Source: a virus. From it: a stretch of 64,000 nucleotides of DNA. The stretch lies in the IMG/VR virus record IMGVR_UViG_3300030107_002502, positions 2,817 to 66,816 of that record; one strand, given 5' to 3'. Shown piece by piece: positions 9,142-19,231 of this stretch. Below the pieces are notes generated by a model. That model was not told the origin of the DNA, did not search any database, and saw only the letters and a program-made list of their open reading frames with translations. A program made the translations under genes and the position numbers. Position 1 is the stretch's first letter. Every line of letters starts with the position of its first letter.

Positions 9142-11882
9142 TAGTTTCCTCCCTTTATAAGTTTTAACAACTCATCATTTGTATCATAAGGCCTTATATA
9201 CCTTGCTTCCTGTTCAGGACTACGAAATATACTACTAAAATCATATGGTAATTCTGCCATTTTTACTTCCTCTTCCTCTTCTGATACAGGTTGCATTATA
9301 CCTGGTTGTAATAATACACCTAGCTGATCCAACGTTCCCATTTGTCTAGGTATTTGCGGGACCATTTGTTTAGGTTTTTCCTTTTCCGTTTTACTAATCT
9401 GGTCTTTTACTACATCGGGTTGTAATTCTCCTAATTCACTTCCTGGACCCCCTTGGTCTCCAGCCATAAATTTAGTATCATCTTCACCATAAAAATCTTC
9501 ACCTTGCTCATCTATTTTATCCAAATAATCATCTAAAAAATTATCTTTTAATTCACTTCCTGGGCCTCCTTGGTCTCCAGCCATAAATTTGGTATCATCT
9601 TCACCATAAAAAGCTTTGCCCTGCTCATCTATTTTATCCAAATAACTATCTAAAAAACTATCTCCTGTATCTTTTACCACAGCTACGTCATCAGGGCTAC
9701 CACTTTTTGCTATTTCTGCTTGTAAAGCAATATGCTCTGCAATCGCTTGCATAGAATTATCAGGTAATGCATTAGGTAATATATTTGAACCTTCAGGAGC
9801 TTCAATTATAGAATAAGAACCATCTTCAGATTGTACATAGGTTTTTGTAGGGTCTAACATCGCTAGAAAACCAACAGATGTATCTTTATGAGGGTCCATC
9901 ATATCAAACCCTAAAGATTGTTGATATGTGGCATATGCTCCTACACTTGCATTCCCGTCATATCCTCCTTTACTAACAAAATTTTCATAGCTATCTATGG
10001 TTATATTATCTAACACGTTACCTTCTGTATCTTTTACTGTGTAATACCCATCAGTATTAAGACTTGGCCTTATAAATTCTTTTGATACTTTTTGCCCACT
10101 TGCATTATCCCATTGAGCAAAAGGGTCAAGAGGTCTATATTCTAATTTACCATCATCAGTTAAACTCATAACAGCGGCTCCACTAGCTATATCAGCTTGA
10201 CTAGCGTTAGCTGTAGATACTGGATTAACATAACTTGCTACTTCACCGATAGCTTGTTTTATTTCTTCTAATGTTTCAAATCTTGTTCCAAAATCTCCAA
10301 GTGTCTCTTCTAAAAAATTAAGTCCTAAATCAGTTCCTAATTCTTCCGTATTTATATTATCTAAGTTTTCAATTTTACCATTAGTTTGAGTTTCTATTAT
10401 AGATAAACCATTTTTTATCTGGGCTGGCGTTAAATTAGTTACATCTAAACCTGCAAGCCCAAGAGAATTTTGTAGTATATTAAATTGTTTTTGGTCATAT
10501 TCTTTTTTGTAAGATGCATTATGTGTATGCAATCCGTCATTTTTACCTATTGTTAACCAATGATAGTACGGGTCTTCATCTTCATCTAAATTATTTAATG
10601 ATGCGTACTCATCAGGATTAAAATCTTCATCCATACCCAAAGTAAATACTTTTTCTGCGGTACTATATACAGGAGCCATAGCTTCATCTAATTCTCCTGA
10701 TTCGTTAAATAAATTAGATTCTTCTTCTGTATAAGTTGCTTTTAGACTTTCAATATTAAGATTAGCTTCATCTATTTTAGATTTTAAATTATCTATTCTA
10801 GGTTTATAATTATTAAAATAATCCTCATTAAGTTGCGTTGCATGTTCATTATAAGCTGTTACAGCGTTATTAAGTGCAGTCCTTGTATCTACTGTAGGGT
10901 CTCTATTATCATTAACTCGAGCACTTTCCATAATATTATATAACCTGTCACGCTCATCAAAACGAGGATTTATTTCATTAACTAATGCATTATGGGCAGT
11001 AATTTTACTATCCCTATTTTGTTCTGTGGATTTAATGGAAGTAGCAGTCACCTGCATTTTGTCATAGCTGTTTTTTATATTTGTAGTAGTGCCTTTATCT
11101 TTTAATTTGTCTATAGTTAATTTAAACTGATTCATTCCCTGTTCTGCTACAGCATTAATGACTTCATTAGTCACATTACCACCAGTAATTGCTGCTGTAG
11201 CTGTTGAATTTATACTATCTGTTAATATTGCTATGGTACTTTCATCTAAATCTGTATATTCTGAGGTATATTTACTCACCAGGTCTGTTGTAATCTGTGA
11301 TCTTAAAATAGCATTAGTAATTAATTCAGGTGTAACTTCTCTTCCTGTAATAGAAGCAGCTAATCCTGTACTTATAACGGCTTGAGCCGATTTAGGTAAT
11401 TCAGTATATCCATCTATACTACCGAGCCCTGCTTCAATAGCCAAACCTGCACCCGCTAATATAAAGGCCTCTACAGGGTCTTGTCCTAATATGATTCCAT
11501 GAGTAGCACTTGTAACTCGTTCTCCTATTATCTGACCTGCTAATGCAGAAGAAGTAGCAGTTTCCGCTGCTGTACCTGCTGCTGCCCCTACTTTACCCGA
11601 AATTTGTTGTGCTACATATACCTTTGCCGCTGCTTCTATTACATCATTTACATCCCCGCCATTTTGAGCAACATCCGCAGCTTCAATCATAGGCATAACC
11701 CAATAGGCAGAGCCAGGAATAAAATACATAGTTGCTAATTGGGCTATGGCTTTTACAGGATCATCCTCTACTACAGCAACTACAGTATCAAATATAGGAT
11801 CAGCTACGTCATCAACAACAAAATCTACAGAATCATCTACAAATTCTACAATATCTTGAAGGGTTTCCATTACAAAACTCAT
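9141..11882 (-). CDS. Large acidic/coiled-coil virion-associated protein
   Basis: 913 aa ORF translationally coupled to both neighbours; internal 39-aa duplication. Confidence 0.65.
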   Translation of the reverse strand: MSFVMETLQDIVEFVDDSVDFVVDDVADPIFDTVVAVVEDDPVKAIAQLATMYFIPGSAYWVMPMIEAADVAQNGGDVNDVIEAAAKVYVAQQISGKVGAAAGTAAETATSSALAGQIIGERVTSATHGIILGQDPVEAFILAGAGLAIEAGLGSIDGYTELPKSAQAVISTGLAASITGREVTPELITNAILRSQITTDLVSKYTSEYTDLDESTIAILTDSINSTATAAITGGNVTNEVINAVAEQGMNQFKLTIDKLKDKGTTTNIKNSYDKMQVTATSIKSTEQNRDSKITAHNALVNEINPRFDERDRLYNIMESARVNDNRDPTVDTRTALNNAVTAYNEHATQLNEDYFNNYKPRIDNLKSKIDEANLNIESLKATYTEEESNLFNESGELDEAMAPVYSTAEKVFTLGMDEDFNPDEYASLNNLDEDEDPYYHWLTIGKNDGLHTHNASYKKEYDQKQFNILQNSLGLAGLDVTNLTPAQIKNGLSIIETQTNGKIENLDNINTEELGTDLGLNFLEETLGDFGTRFETLEEIKQAIGEVASYVNPVSTANASQADIASGAAVMSLTDDGKLEYRPLDPFAQWDNASGQKVSKEFIRPSLNTDGYYTVKDTEGNVLDNITIDSYENFVSKGGYDGNASVGAYATYQQSLGFDMMDPHKDTSVGFLAMLDPTKTYVQSEDGSYSIIEAPEGSNILPNALPDNSMQAIAEHIALQAEIAKSGSPDDVAVVKDTGDSFLDSYLDKIDEQGKAFYGEDDTKFMAGDQGGPGSELKDNFLDDYLDKIDEQGEDFYGEDDTKFMAGDQGGPGSELGELQPDVVKDQISKTEKEKPKQMVPQIPRQMGTLDQLGVLLQPGIMQPVSEEEEEVKMAELPYDFSSIFRSPEQEARYIRPYDTNDELLKLIKGGN
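9433..9657. repeat. 117-bp tandem duplication (39 aa)
   Basis: FLD.YLDKIDEQG..FYGEDDTKFMAGDQGGPGSEL occurs twice; DNA copies offset 117 bp. Confidence 0.9.
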
Positions 11883-12331
11883 TGTTTACTGCCAAATGCT
11901 ATCATTACTCTATATGTGCCTTCTTGTTTGGTACGGGCAATCATAAATTTAGTCGCTATATCTTGTATATTTTGTCCTACTATATTTAATAAATTACGCA
12001 TTTTTTCGCCATTAAATTGAGCACTATAATGAGTAATCCCTTTATTTTTTAAATGATTGAAATATTTTACTAAGTTATTTATGTAATTTCTAGCTGTATC
12101 AGCATTAAAAGCCCGCCCAAACATTTTATTTTTATTTTTTCCTTTACCTCTATGGGCAAGAAATACAGTATTTCCTACTTGTACTGTATCTGCACTAGAT
12201 AGAGTACCTTCTTTGGCAACACTTGCTAACGCTGAAGGTAAAGGAATACCACCTGTACCTAAATCTTTTGCAGCTATAGTTATTATATTAGCAGCATTTA
12301 ACAGTTTTTCTTTACTGTCTACCATTTCCAT
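11879..12331 (-). CDS. Hypothetical protein
   Basis: 150 aa, overlapping start/stop with neighbours. Confidence 0.65.
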   Translation of the reverse strand: MEMVDSKEKLLNAANIITIAAKDLGTGGIPLPSALASVAKEGTLSSADTVQVGNTVFLAHRGKGKNKNKMFGRAFNADTARNYINNLVKYFNHLKNKGITHYSAQFNGEKMRNLLNIVGQNIQDIATKFMIARTKQEGTYRVMIAFGSKQ

Positions 12332-12660
12332 TAGGTTATCTCCAATATACTTGCTACAACATGTAACCTGTTAGCAGTAGCTGCTGTAACCTTTAATATT
12401 TCACCTGTCTTTAATACAAGAGGAGCTGTTAACAATTCTGCAGTAGCATTTGCAGATATAGATTTAGTCTTGAAAAGGCTAAATGTAGCAGGAGAAGACT
12501 CTGCATCTGTTATAGTTACTGTTATAGTATCTGCATTACCAGAATCTTCAGAGACAATTATAGATTTAACAATAGATGTTGTTACTGAAGGAGCAGTATA
12601 TAAGACTGTCGCACTATTTGTTGTAAGGTCTTTTTTTGCATTTGTATAAGTGTTTGCCAT
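12331..12660 (-). CDS. Small virion beta-protein, paralog of 24405-24770
   Basis: Start moved to ATG 12660 (TAATG coupling); MANTY...SILEIT resembles MANTF...SIMEMT. Confidence 0.65.
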   Translation of the reverse strand: MANTYTNAKKDLTTNSATVLYTAPSVTTSIVKSIIVSEDSGNADTITVTITDAESSPATFSLFKTKSISANATAELLTAPLVLKTGEILKVTAATANRLHVVASILEIT

Positions 12661-12854
12661 TAGCCCATAAACCAAGCAACAGCTTCAGATTTATCTGCTG
12701 CACTTGCCCTTCTAAGAGTAGCATCTACTTGTGTAAAATAAAGCCGTAAAACATTACTGAATTGTTCTAGAGCCTCTCTATCATATTCATCAGGAAAATA
12801 AGGTATAACAGGTGTACGAAACGGTACATCATATCTAGTTTTATCAGTAGCCAT
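12660..12854 (-). CDS. Hypothetical tail-associated protein
   Basis: 64 aa coupled ORF following the tail hub gene. Confidence 0.6.
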   Translation of the reverse strand: MATDKTRYDVPFRTPVIPYFPDEYDREALEQFSNVLRLYFTQVDATLRRASAADKSEAVAWFMG

Positions 12855-14710
12855 TACCTTCTCCCATCTGGTCGTAAGTCAATACGAGGAGTACCTACCT
12901 GCCATGTAGTACCTAAACCAGTAGATTGTACTTTCATAGACATTTGCCGTCCTCGTACTCTTGTGTATATCTGACTTGTATATTTCTCTACTGGAGAGGT
13001 TGCTGAACGGGTAACAGTACCTGTATTAGACCCTCCTTCAGAAGTTGTTGCATGATAACCTGATCCAGAACTCCCTAAAGGATTCAAAGTAAACGAAACT
13101 ACAGGACTATCTGCGGTAGAACCATCAAAATTAACATCAGGTACCAAACGATATATAAATGCAAATCTATCCCCATCAGAAAGATCAAATTCAGCTGATT
13201 CAACATATGCAGTAATAGCCGATGGGCTGGAAGTAGAAGTTAATTTATCATCAATTCCTTCTTCATGGTTAACAAGATTGTAACTGTAGGTAGCTGCTAA
13301 TGGAAAATCCCGTAAACCTGAGTCAATCCATGCTGTACGAGCCATACTTCCATAATACCATATATCTTCTAAATAGTTATATATGACATATTTATCTATA
13401 TTATTGGAATCACTGGAACAATAAAACCACCATACTTCATGAAAAGATTCATTTGTACCTGAAAATACTTGCGGGTATTGTAACGTATTAAAATCATTAA
13501 ATATATACTTACGTACATCACAACGTAAAGGCTGTGTACGACCATCATATTTATAAAACTTATCTCTACCCATCCAATAAGCTACTCCGTTAGCATAAGC
13601 TACACATTTCTGGGAAGCTATAGATACATTTTCCCCGACAAGAGTAGCGTTCCATATATCAGGTAATTTAACATACTGCATTGAATATAAAGCCGAATCA
13701 GTCCATACAAGTATTTCTTGCCGTCCTTGAGTAGCTGCAACTATTTCAGTACCACGGGATAAACGTAAACTACCTGCTTGAGTTGTTAATGAAGGAGTCC
13801 AGTTTACAGCACTTTCTAAATCTGACCAACGAATTAACATAGGGTCTAAATCAGATGTAGTTGTAGAGTTAGTACCAAAAGCAAATACAAAACGACTAAT
13901 ATCTGATACAAGAAGTATATTTTGGACTGTAGGAACATCTGAAGCCCCATTTTCATCTGATAGTAATGCTGCTCTAGTATCAAGTGAGTCTGTAGCTCCT
14001 GCATCCCACCAGTAAATTTTCCCCCCGCTTGGGCCAAATATTAAATCTTCACCAAAATTAGATTGGTTCCATGTCCGAATATCATTTACAGAAGTTTCTC
14101 CAACTCCCCATGTCCCAGACCCCCAAGTAGATGCTCCCCAACCTGTTAGGGGTATCGCAAACGCAGTCCCTACATTTATCTGATAAGCAGCAGATACTGA
14201 TCCTCCCCCTGTACCGCTACCTGAAGCAGCAGAAGATACAGTTATATTATAGGTAGTAGAAGTTACTATATCTATTTGATATTCACCGTCTACTGTTACT
14301 CCATTAACAGCGGAAGCATTACTAAAAGTAACATAATCTTCGTCTACAAATCCACCTGCACTGTCAGTTACTAATACAGTTGTAGACCCGTTAGTGGTAG
14401 TAAATGGATTGGTTAAAGACACAGTAGCACGTAATGGTGTAATGTCGTTGTACGCTCCACCATTTTCTACGTAGAACTTTAAATGTGTACCTAAACCTAT
14501 AAAATTTTTACTTGATAACGTAATCCAATTAAACAAAGAACGGCATACCCCAAGAAAAGTAGATGAAGATATCTGGGCCCAGCCTCCAATTTTTTCTGGA
14601 GTTCCTTGACGAAACCTTATTTTATCACAATCATACCATCTACCTTCACTAGCATAACGAGTTTTCTCCCGATTAATTCCAGATTTTAAGGCCAGCCGTT
14701 TTAAGGTCAT
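12854..14710 (-). CDS. Tail hub/tubular protein (P22 gp10-like packaged-DNA stabilisation protein)
   Basis: 618 aa beta-rich; IRWSD, WTDSALY and C-terminal RVRGRQ...RIDLRPDGRR motifs. Confidence 0.7.
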   Translation of the reverse strand: MTLKRLALKSGINREKTRYASEGRWYDCDKIRFRQGTPEKIGGWAQISSSTFLGVCRSLFNWITLSSKNFIGLGTHLKFYVENGGAYNDITPLRATVSLTNPFTTTNGSTTVLVTDSAGGFVDEDYVTFSNASAVNGVTVDGEYQIDIVTSTTYNITVSSAASGSGTGGGSVSAAYQINVGTAFAIPLTGWGASTWGSGTWGVGETSVNDIRTWNQSNFGEDLIFGPSGGKIYWWDAGATDSLDTRAALLSDENGASDVPTVQNILLVSDISRFVFAFGTNSTTTSDLDPMLIRWSDLESAVNWTPSLTTQAGSLRLSRGTEIVAATQGRQEILVWTDSALYSMQYVKLPDIWNATLVGENVSIASQKCVAYANGVAYWMGRDKFYKYDGRTQPLRCDVRKYIFNDFNTLQYPQVFSGTNESFHEVWWFYCSSDSNNIDKYVIYNYLEDIWYYGSMARTAWIDSGLRDFPLAATYSYNLVNHEEGIDDKLTSTSSPSAITAYVESAEFDLSDGDRFAFIYRLVPDVNFDGSTADSPVVSFTLNPLGSSGSGYHATTSEGGSNTGTVTRSATSPVEKYTSQIYTRVRGRQMSMKVQSTGLGTTWQVGTPRIDLRPDGRR

Positions 14711-14713
14711 AAA

Positions 14714-15157
14714 TTACTCCACGTTTTTCATTCTTTCAATTAGACGTTTAGCACGATTAATTACTTGTTTGTACCATCTTGAATCCTGCATTTGAACAGA
14801 TGCTTCAAACCAATCTCCATCTTTAACAGCCTGTATCTTCTTTTTAAATTTGCTATAACGAGGATAGCCGAGATTAAACATCATATTTGCACATATATGC
14901 TGAACAGGCTCAGGCATAGAATCCCAATCTTCATATACCTTTTTGCAGTCTTTTATAACTGAATTTATATCCTGTTCAAATAGTTCGTCACATCTTTCCT
15001 GACTAATTGATGTACCTACTTCACAACCATGTTCTGGGTCTGACTCTAAAATCAAATGCCCCACTCCGCACGTGGGTAGGGAAAGGTGGTCTAAATAGAC
15101 CTCCAGCTTAATTCCTTCATCTTCAGCTATTTCTTGCTGTAACTTTTTTATATTCAT
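14714..15157 (-). CDS. Endolysin, T4-lysozyme-like (GH24)
   Basis: EDEG...YLDHLSLPTCGVGH catalytic pattern; NMMFNLG and DSRWYKQV; start moved to ATG 15157 behind GGAGG. Confidence 0.85.
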   Translation of the reverse strand: MNIKKLQQEIAEDEGIKLEVYLDHLSLPTCGVGHLILESDPEHGCEVGTSISQERCDELFEQDINSVIKDCKKVYEDWDSMPEPVQHICANMMFNLGYPRYSKFKKKIQAVKDGDWFEASVQMQDSRWYKQVINRAKRLIERMKNVE

Positions 15158-15230
15158 TATTAACCTCCAATTAATAGTAAAATTATACCTATTCCCCAAG
15201 TAATAAGTATTATTTCCAATTCAGCAGAAA

Positions 15231-15641
15231 TCATTTACCATTTTTTTTATTCATTAACTGTAACCCTGTTTTACCGAACCTATACCCAAATGAGCTTCCA
15301 ATGCAAATATATAAACATGTGGAGAACCACTGGGGTGTAGACTCTTCCAGAAAGATAAACCCTTCTTTAACAAAAGGTTGGCTCCACGGCAAGAAGGATG
15401 CTACTAATACCCCTCCAAAAATAATCGTCCAAAATTCGTCTTTCCAGCTCCCTGCCATTTGAGCAGTCAATGCTTGCTCATTAAGCATCTCTGACGTAGC
15501 AGAAGTCTTGTAAACCTCTGCTTCCGCTTTAGCTTTAGCTACTTTGACTTCAGTTTCTGCCTTTGCTTTATCAACTCTGCCTTGTAACCAAGTTCCCGCA
15601 AGAGAACTTATTGGTCCAATAATTGATGATAATCCTAACAT
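15231..15641 (-). CDS. Putative holin
   Basis: SWKDEFW followed by hydrophobic helices and a basic C-terminus; next to the lysozyme. Confidence 0.65.
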   Translation of the reverse strand: MLGLSSIIGPISSLAGTWLQGRVDKAKAETEVKVAKAKAEAEVYKTSATSEMLNEQALTAQMAGSWKDEFWTIIFGGVLVASFLPWSQPFVKEGFIFLEESTPQWFSTCLYICIGSSFGYRFGKTGLQLMNKKNGK

Positions 15642-15644
15642 TTT

Positions 15645-15914
15645 TTACCCTCTAATCTTTTTTGTTACCCATAAATAAAAAGCATAACAAGAAAACGCAT
15701 AAACAGTTGCTACACCGATATCTAGTAGATGCTCCCTCATATGATATATAAATTGTATTCCAGCTTCTAAATCACTACCCCCACCAGAACTGTCAGTAAT
15801 ATTAATTGTCTTTCCTTCAAAGCCAGTAAACGCACCTTCTTCAATAACTATTTCTCCATCTTCAGGTAGTTCTTCTGGCCCGGTAACTGTTTGATTGATT
15901 TCAATATTATTCAT
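15645..15914 (-). CDS. Small membrane protein
   Basis: 89 aa, C-terminal hydrophobic segment. Confidence 0.6.
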   Translation of the reverse strand: MNNIEINQTVTGPEELPEDGEIVIEEGAFTGFEGKTINITDSSGGGSDLEAGIQFIYHMREHLLDIGVATVYAFSCYAFYLWVTKKIRG

Positions 15915-16312
15915 ACTTCTTCTATCAGTCCTCGTTTAGCTTTTAATTCATTCAAATCTTTTTCTTTAGTGCCGCCATCATACTGCCAAGCATACCCACG
16001 ATCTACCATAAACTGGTTAAAGGGTGTTACATCATCATCCAGAGTAATCCAACCAAGCATACGACCATATTTACCATCTTTCTCAGTTGCTATGATAATT
16101 TCTTCGGCTTCCTCCAAATTTTTCTTTAAGTACTCTTTAGCTTCTAAACCCATTTCTTTTTCTGCTAAATTTTTTGTTCTACTTTCTGGAGTGTCAATGC
16201 CAGCAAGACGTACTCGTTCTTTCTTAAAAAGATCAAAACCTAAGTCAATGACAACATCTATTGTGTCGCCATCAACAACTTTGACGACTTCTTTTACTTT
16301 GTATTCGTACAT
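15911..16312 (-). CDS. Thermonuclease (SNase-like) family protein
   Basis: VVDGDTIDV, RVRLAGIDTPE and DGKYGRMLG motifs. Confidence 0.85.
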   Translation of the reverse strand: MYEYKVKEVVKVVDGDTIDVVIDLGFDLFKKERVRLAGIDTPESRTKNLAEKEMGLEAKEYLKKNLEEAEEIIIATEKDGKYGRMLGWITLDDDVTPFNQFMVDRGYAWQYDGGTKEKDLNELKAKRGLIEEV

Positions 16313-16449
16313 TACTTACTCGTTAACCAGTCCCAAAAAGTTTTTCTCTCTTTGGTACCTATAAGCTTTTGAATTAGCTTCATTAACCTATTTTCAATAG
16401 CAGGTTTTTTACTTTCTGCTTTTTTTGCAGGTCTACCTTTTTTAGCCAT
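16312..16449 (-). CDS. Small basic hypothetical protein (45 aa, not in ORF track)
   Basis: AGGAG RBS then MAKKGRPAKK...WDWLTSK; stop overlaps the next ATG. Confidence 0.55.
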   Translation of the reverse strand: MAKKGRPAKKAESKKPAIENRLMKLIQKLIGTKERKTFWDWLTSK

Positions 16450-16484
16450 TATTCTTCTCCTTACCCGTTAAATATTTTGGAACT

Positions 16485-16676
16485 TCACTTGCCTTCTTTT
16501 TTATCCACTTTTTGAGGGATGCAATAAGCTTTAACCCAGATTTTGTCTCCTGCGAGCGATTGAGACCAGTTCTGTGCTCCGATTTTGTAAGCATATCTAA
16601 GGCACGTATCCATATCACTGAAGTAGACACTTTCTTGCACCGTCCCGGATAAAAAAATTATTAATACCCATACCAT
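16485..16676 (-). CDS. Small hypothetical protein
   Basis: 63 aa, hydrophobic N-terminus, two Cys, coupled start. Confidence 0.55.
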   Translation of the reverse strand: MVWVLIIFLSGTVQESVYFSDMDTCLRYAYKIGAQNWSQSLAGDKIWVKAYCIPQKVDKKEGK

Positions 16677-17005
16677 TATTTACCATTCTCTTTTGACCTC
16701 GTAAAAGCTGTTGTCCCCATAAAAGTTGCAACAATACCTAAGTTTGCCACGATGTAGGTTGAAAGTAAAGCTGTTACCATTTCTACCCTTGTATCGGGAA
16801 TAACTGGGCTTAAAACCAAAACAATAAGGATTATAGAAGAAATAGACGAAACCCAGCAAAGCATTCTCTGTTGGTCTTGCATTTTGTCATTATTTTCAAG
16901 ACGTATCATCCGCTCTTCACGAGCTATTTCTTCATCGGTAACAACACCATCACCATCTAAATCATGTTTTAGGTATTTACTGTCTTTCTGTAATGTTTTA
17001 CTCAT
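16676..17005 (-). CDS. Membrane protein with an EF-hand-like DxDxDG loop
   Basis: DLDGDGVVTDEE followed by two hydrophobic helices. Confidence 0.65.
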   Translation of the reverse strand: MSKTLQKDSKYLKHDLDGDGVVTDEEIAREERMIRLENNDKMQDQQRMLCWVSSISSIILIVLVLSPVIPDTRVEMVTALLSTYIVANLGIVATFMGTTAFTRSKENGK

Positions 17006-17289
17006 TTAAAATTATCCTTAATACTTCTAATAACATTTTTTAAATTAAAGGGTTTCTCATTAGGTCTATACGGACATTGATATTGCCTTGGGCATTCTCC
17101 TGCTGCTAAAGGAACAATCTCTTGATATTCGGTATGATTTGCCCCAACATAAATACAAACCCTTTGTTCAGTTAATAATAATTGTTTAGCTAAACGACAA
17201 GTAGTCATTTGTACTTCTTTACTATAGGCTACTACAAACAAAAACGTAACCATACAAAAAATTATTAAAAGATAATAAATCCACCCCAT
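17002..17289 (-). CDS. Hypothetical Cys-containing membrane/secreted protein
   Basis: 95 aa, N-terminal hydrophobic segment. Confidence 0.6.
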   Translation of the reverse strand: MGWIYYLLIIFCMVTFLFVVAYSKEVQMTTCRLAKQLLLTEQRVCIYVGANHTEYQEIVPLAAGECPRQYQCPYRPNEKPFNLKNVIRSIKDNFK

Positions 17290-17290
17290 A

Positions 17291-17782
17291 CTATTTATCC
17301 ATCATTGCCATTGAAATAATCCAAACCATCCAAACTAAAGCTAAAGCACCTATTAAACTGGCAACACCCATAATTGTGTAATCACGAATCATATTTTTTT
17401 GTTCTTCTTTAGCGTAAATAGCTTCTTGTCTAGCTTTTCTAATACGTCCTTCCTCTCGTAACAACTCTTCCCATGCTGCGGTTCCTCCATAATTTCCTAT
17501 AATAAAATTCTTAAGTTCTTCTCTTTGCTTTTGAATTTTCTTTTTAGCCGCAAAGCTTTCCATAGCAACAGATTCGACAGAGCCGTTAAATAATTTATCC
17601 ATTACTGAGGGGTTGTTTGCTTTTTTACTTATATTATCAATATCGGAAACCGCTTTCATCCATTTTCCGATTTCCCCGCTTATTTCTTCCAGTTCTTTTC
17701 CAAACATTACGGCTTTTTTTATGGCCCCATAGGCTTGGGTAGCTCCTGAAACGGCTAAACCTAATGTAACGGGATCAAGCAT
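17291..17782 (-). CDS. Hypothetical membrane-anchored coiled-coil protein
   Basis: 163 aa, MLDPVT start, C-terminal TM segment. Confidence 0.65.
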   Translation of the reverse strand: MLDPVTLGLAVSGATQAYGAIKKAVMFGKELEEISGEIGKWMKAVSDIDNISKKANNPSVMDKLFNGSVESVAMESFAAKKKIQKQREELKNFIIGNYGGTAAWEELLREEGRIRKARQEAIYAKEEQKNMIRDYTIMGVASLIGALALVWMVWIISMAMMDK

Positions 17783-17811
17783 TGTTTACACCTCATATAT
17801 CTATAGGAAAC

Positions 17812-17979
17812 TCACTTAACTATAAGACCAATTAACAGGACAATTATTGTACCTGCGGTGCCGATCATAATATGCTCAATTCTTTTTATACGTAAAATAG
17901 TCTCTTTCCACCGTTCAGCACATACAGCTTCATGCGTATCTAATTGAGATTTAACTGATGTAACAGTGGGTTTTGCCAT
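17812..17979 (-). CDS. Small membrane protein (55 aa, not in ORF track)
   Basis: MAKPTVTSVKSQLDTHEAVCAERWKETILRIKRIE plus a TM tail; coupled start. Confidence 0.65.
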   Translation of the reverse strand: MAKPTVTSVKSQLDTHEAVCAERWKETILRIKRIEHIMIGTAGTIIVLLIGLIVK

Positions 17980-18194
17980 TAAGATACTTTACTTTCTTCT
18001 TTAGCTTGTTCAACAGATTGTATTAAAGAGTTTGTAAAAGCATTTTTAGCTACTCTTATAGCATCTAATTGAAACATCAATTTACTTTCCTGGGATTGTA
18101 AATCTCTAATTTGGGCAATCTGATATTTTTCTTTATCAGACATTTTATCAGGATTATACTCTTTCCCGTTTATATTTATTACTTTATCGTCCAT
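17979..18194 (-). CDS. Small coiled-coil protein
   Basis: 71 aa, AGGAG RBS. Confidence 0.65.
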   Translation of the reverse strand: MDDKVININGKEYNPDKMSDKEKYQIAQIRDLQSQESKLMFQLDAIRVAKNAFTNSLIQSVEQAKEESKVS

Positions 18195-18203
18195 TTTATT
18201 CTC

Positions 18204-18515
18204 CTATGGTTGACTTTCTCGCCAAGTTTTATAGTCAGCTTTAACGCTATCTGTCCACGCTGCATTAGCTATTGCCTGTACAGATGCATCTTCACCACTT
18301 ATGTCAGTCGCTGTGTGTGTCCATGTACCATTAGTTGCTTGTTGCGAACTGAAAGGTGCTAATAAGTGTCTATGGAAAGACTTGCTTATTTGTTTTTTAC
18401 TTCCGTCTGCTTGCTCCTCTAATACTTTTGTAGCTTTACGGACTTGAATATTCCATTTTTGGACTACTTCTATTTTATCATATTCTATCTGTTTAGTTAA
18501 ATCGCCTTGTGCCAT
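18204..18515 (-). CDS. Putative tail-fibre assembly/accessory protein
   Basis: 103 aa; IQVRKAT...SFHRH...WTD pattern; follows a fibre-tip gene. Confidence 0.55.
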   Translation of the reverse strand: MAQGDLTKQIEYDKIEVVQKWNIQVRKATKVLEEQADGSKKQISKSFHRHLLAPFSSQQATNGTWTHTATDISGEDASVQAIANAAWTDSVKADYKTWRESQP

Positions 18516-18530
18516 TCTTTACTCCTTATA

Positions 18531-19031
18531 CTACGCAGTATGGTATATTACGTTAAAATATATTTCTGTATTAGAATCTATAGAATTAGCGGCATCTGAT
18601 TGAAGGTCGCCATTATCTCCTAAAAATATTCTACATACTTGTTCACCTGCAAAAGTTGCCGCTACATAATTAGCCACATTTGACCCACTACCATGTACTA
18701 CTACAGCTTGGGATGCTCTATCCGAATCTTCTGATTCAGCAACCACAGCAAAAGGTAAACTAATTTGTGCATATCCTACTGGACTACTAACAGCACTCAT
18801 GGATAAGTCTGAAGATACTTGACATAAAGAACCTATTTTTCTATAACTTGCCGCATTGTTACTTGAATTAACTGTTATTGTTCCACTTGAAGAACAAGTT
18901 ACAGTTGCGTCATAAGTACCCTCTTCGTAGTCATCCAATGTGTTTGCATCTGCACTTGTAGTTTGACTGTCGGCAAAGTTAATTCCTGTAATCGTATCTA
19001 TTGAATTTGTTCCTATTTTTGATATTGCCAT
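18531..19031 (-). CDS. Short tail-fibre/tip domain protein
   Basis: ANTLDDYEEGT and YRKIG motifs common in marine phage fibre C-termini. Confidence 0.65.
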   Translation of the reverse strand: MAISKIGTNSIDTITGINFADSQTTSADANTLDDYEEGTYDATVTCSSSGTITVNSSNNAASYRKIGSLCQVSSDLSMSAVSSPVGYAQISLPFAVVAESEDSDRASQAVVVHGSGSNVANYVAATFAGEQVCRIFLGDNGDLQSDAANSIDSNTEIYFNVIYHTA

Positions 19032-19201
19032 TAGTCTGCATCCTCTATGGTTAATTCACCAGCATCTACTTGTCGTTTGATTTCAATGTAGTGTGAATTA
19101 GAATTATCTATTGGTATAGCAGTATTTCTTCCATCTAACACACACATAATACACAGATTTGTTCCATTCTCTGCAAAGTATTTTGGGTTTTTAAATTCCA
19201 T
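19031..19201 (-). CDS. Small fibre-accessory protein (56 aa, not in ORF track)
   Basis: MEFKNPKY...IPIDNSNSHYIEIKRQVDAGELTIEDAD; stop overlaps the next ATG. Confidence 0.6.
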   Translation of the reverse strand: MEFKNPKYFAENGTNLCIMCVLDGRNTAIPIDNSNSHYIEIKRQVDAGELTIEDAD

Positions 19202-19231
19202 AATAATTTTTCCCTATATTAAATTTCAGCA

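Noticed and set aside
16442-16630. 62-aa alternative-frame ORF
   Set aside because: It mostly overlaps the better coupled 16485-16676 ORF; a frameshifted product cannot be supported from sequence alone
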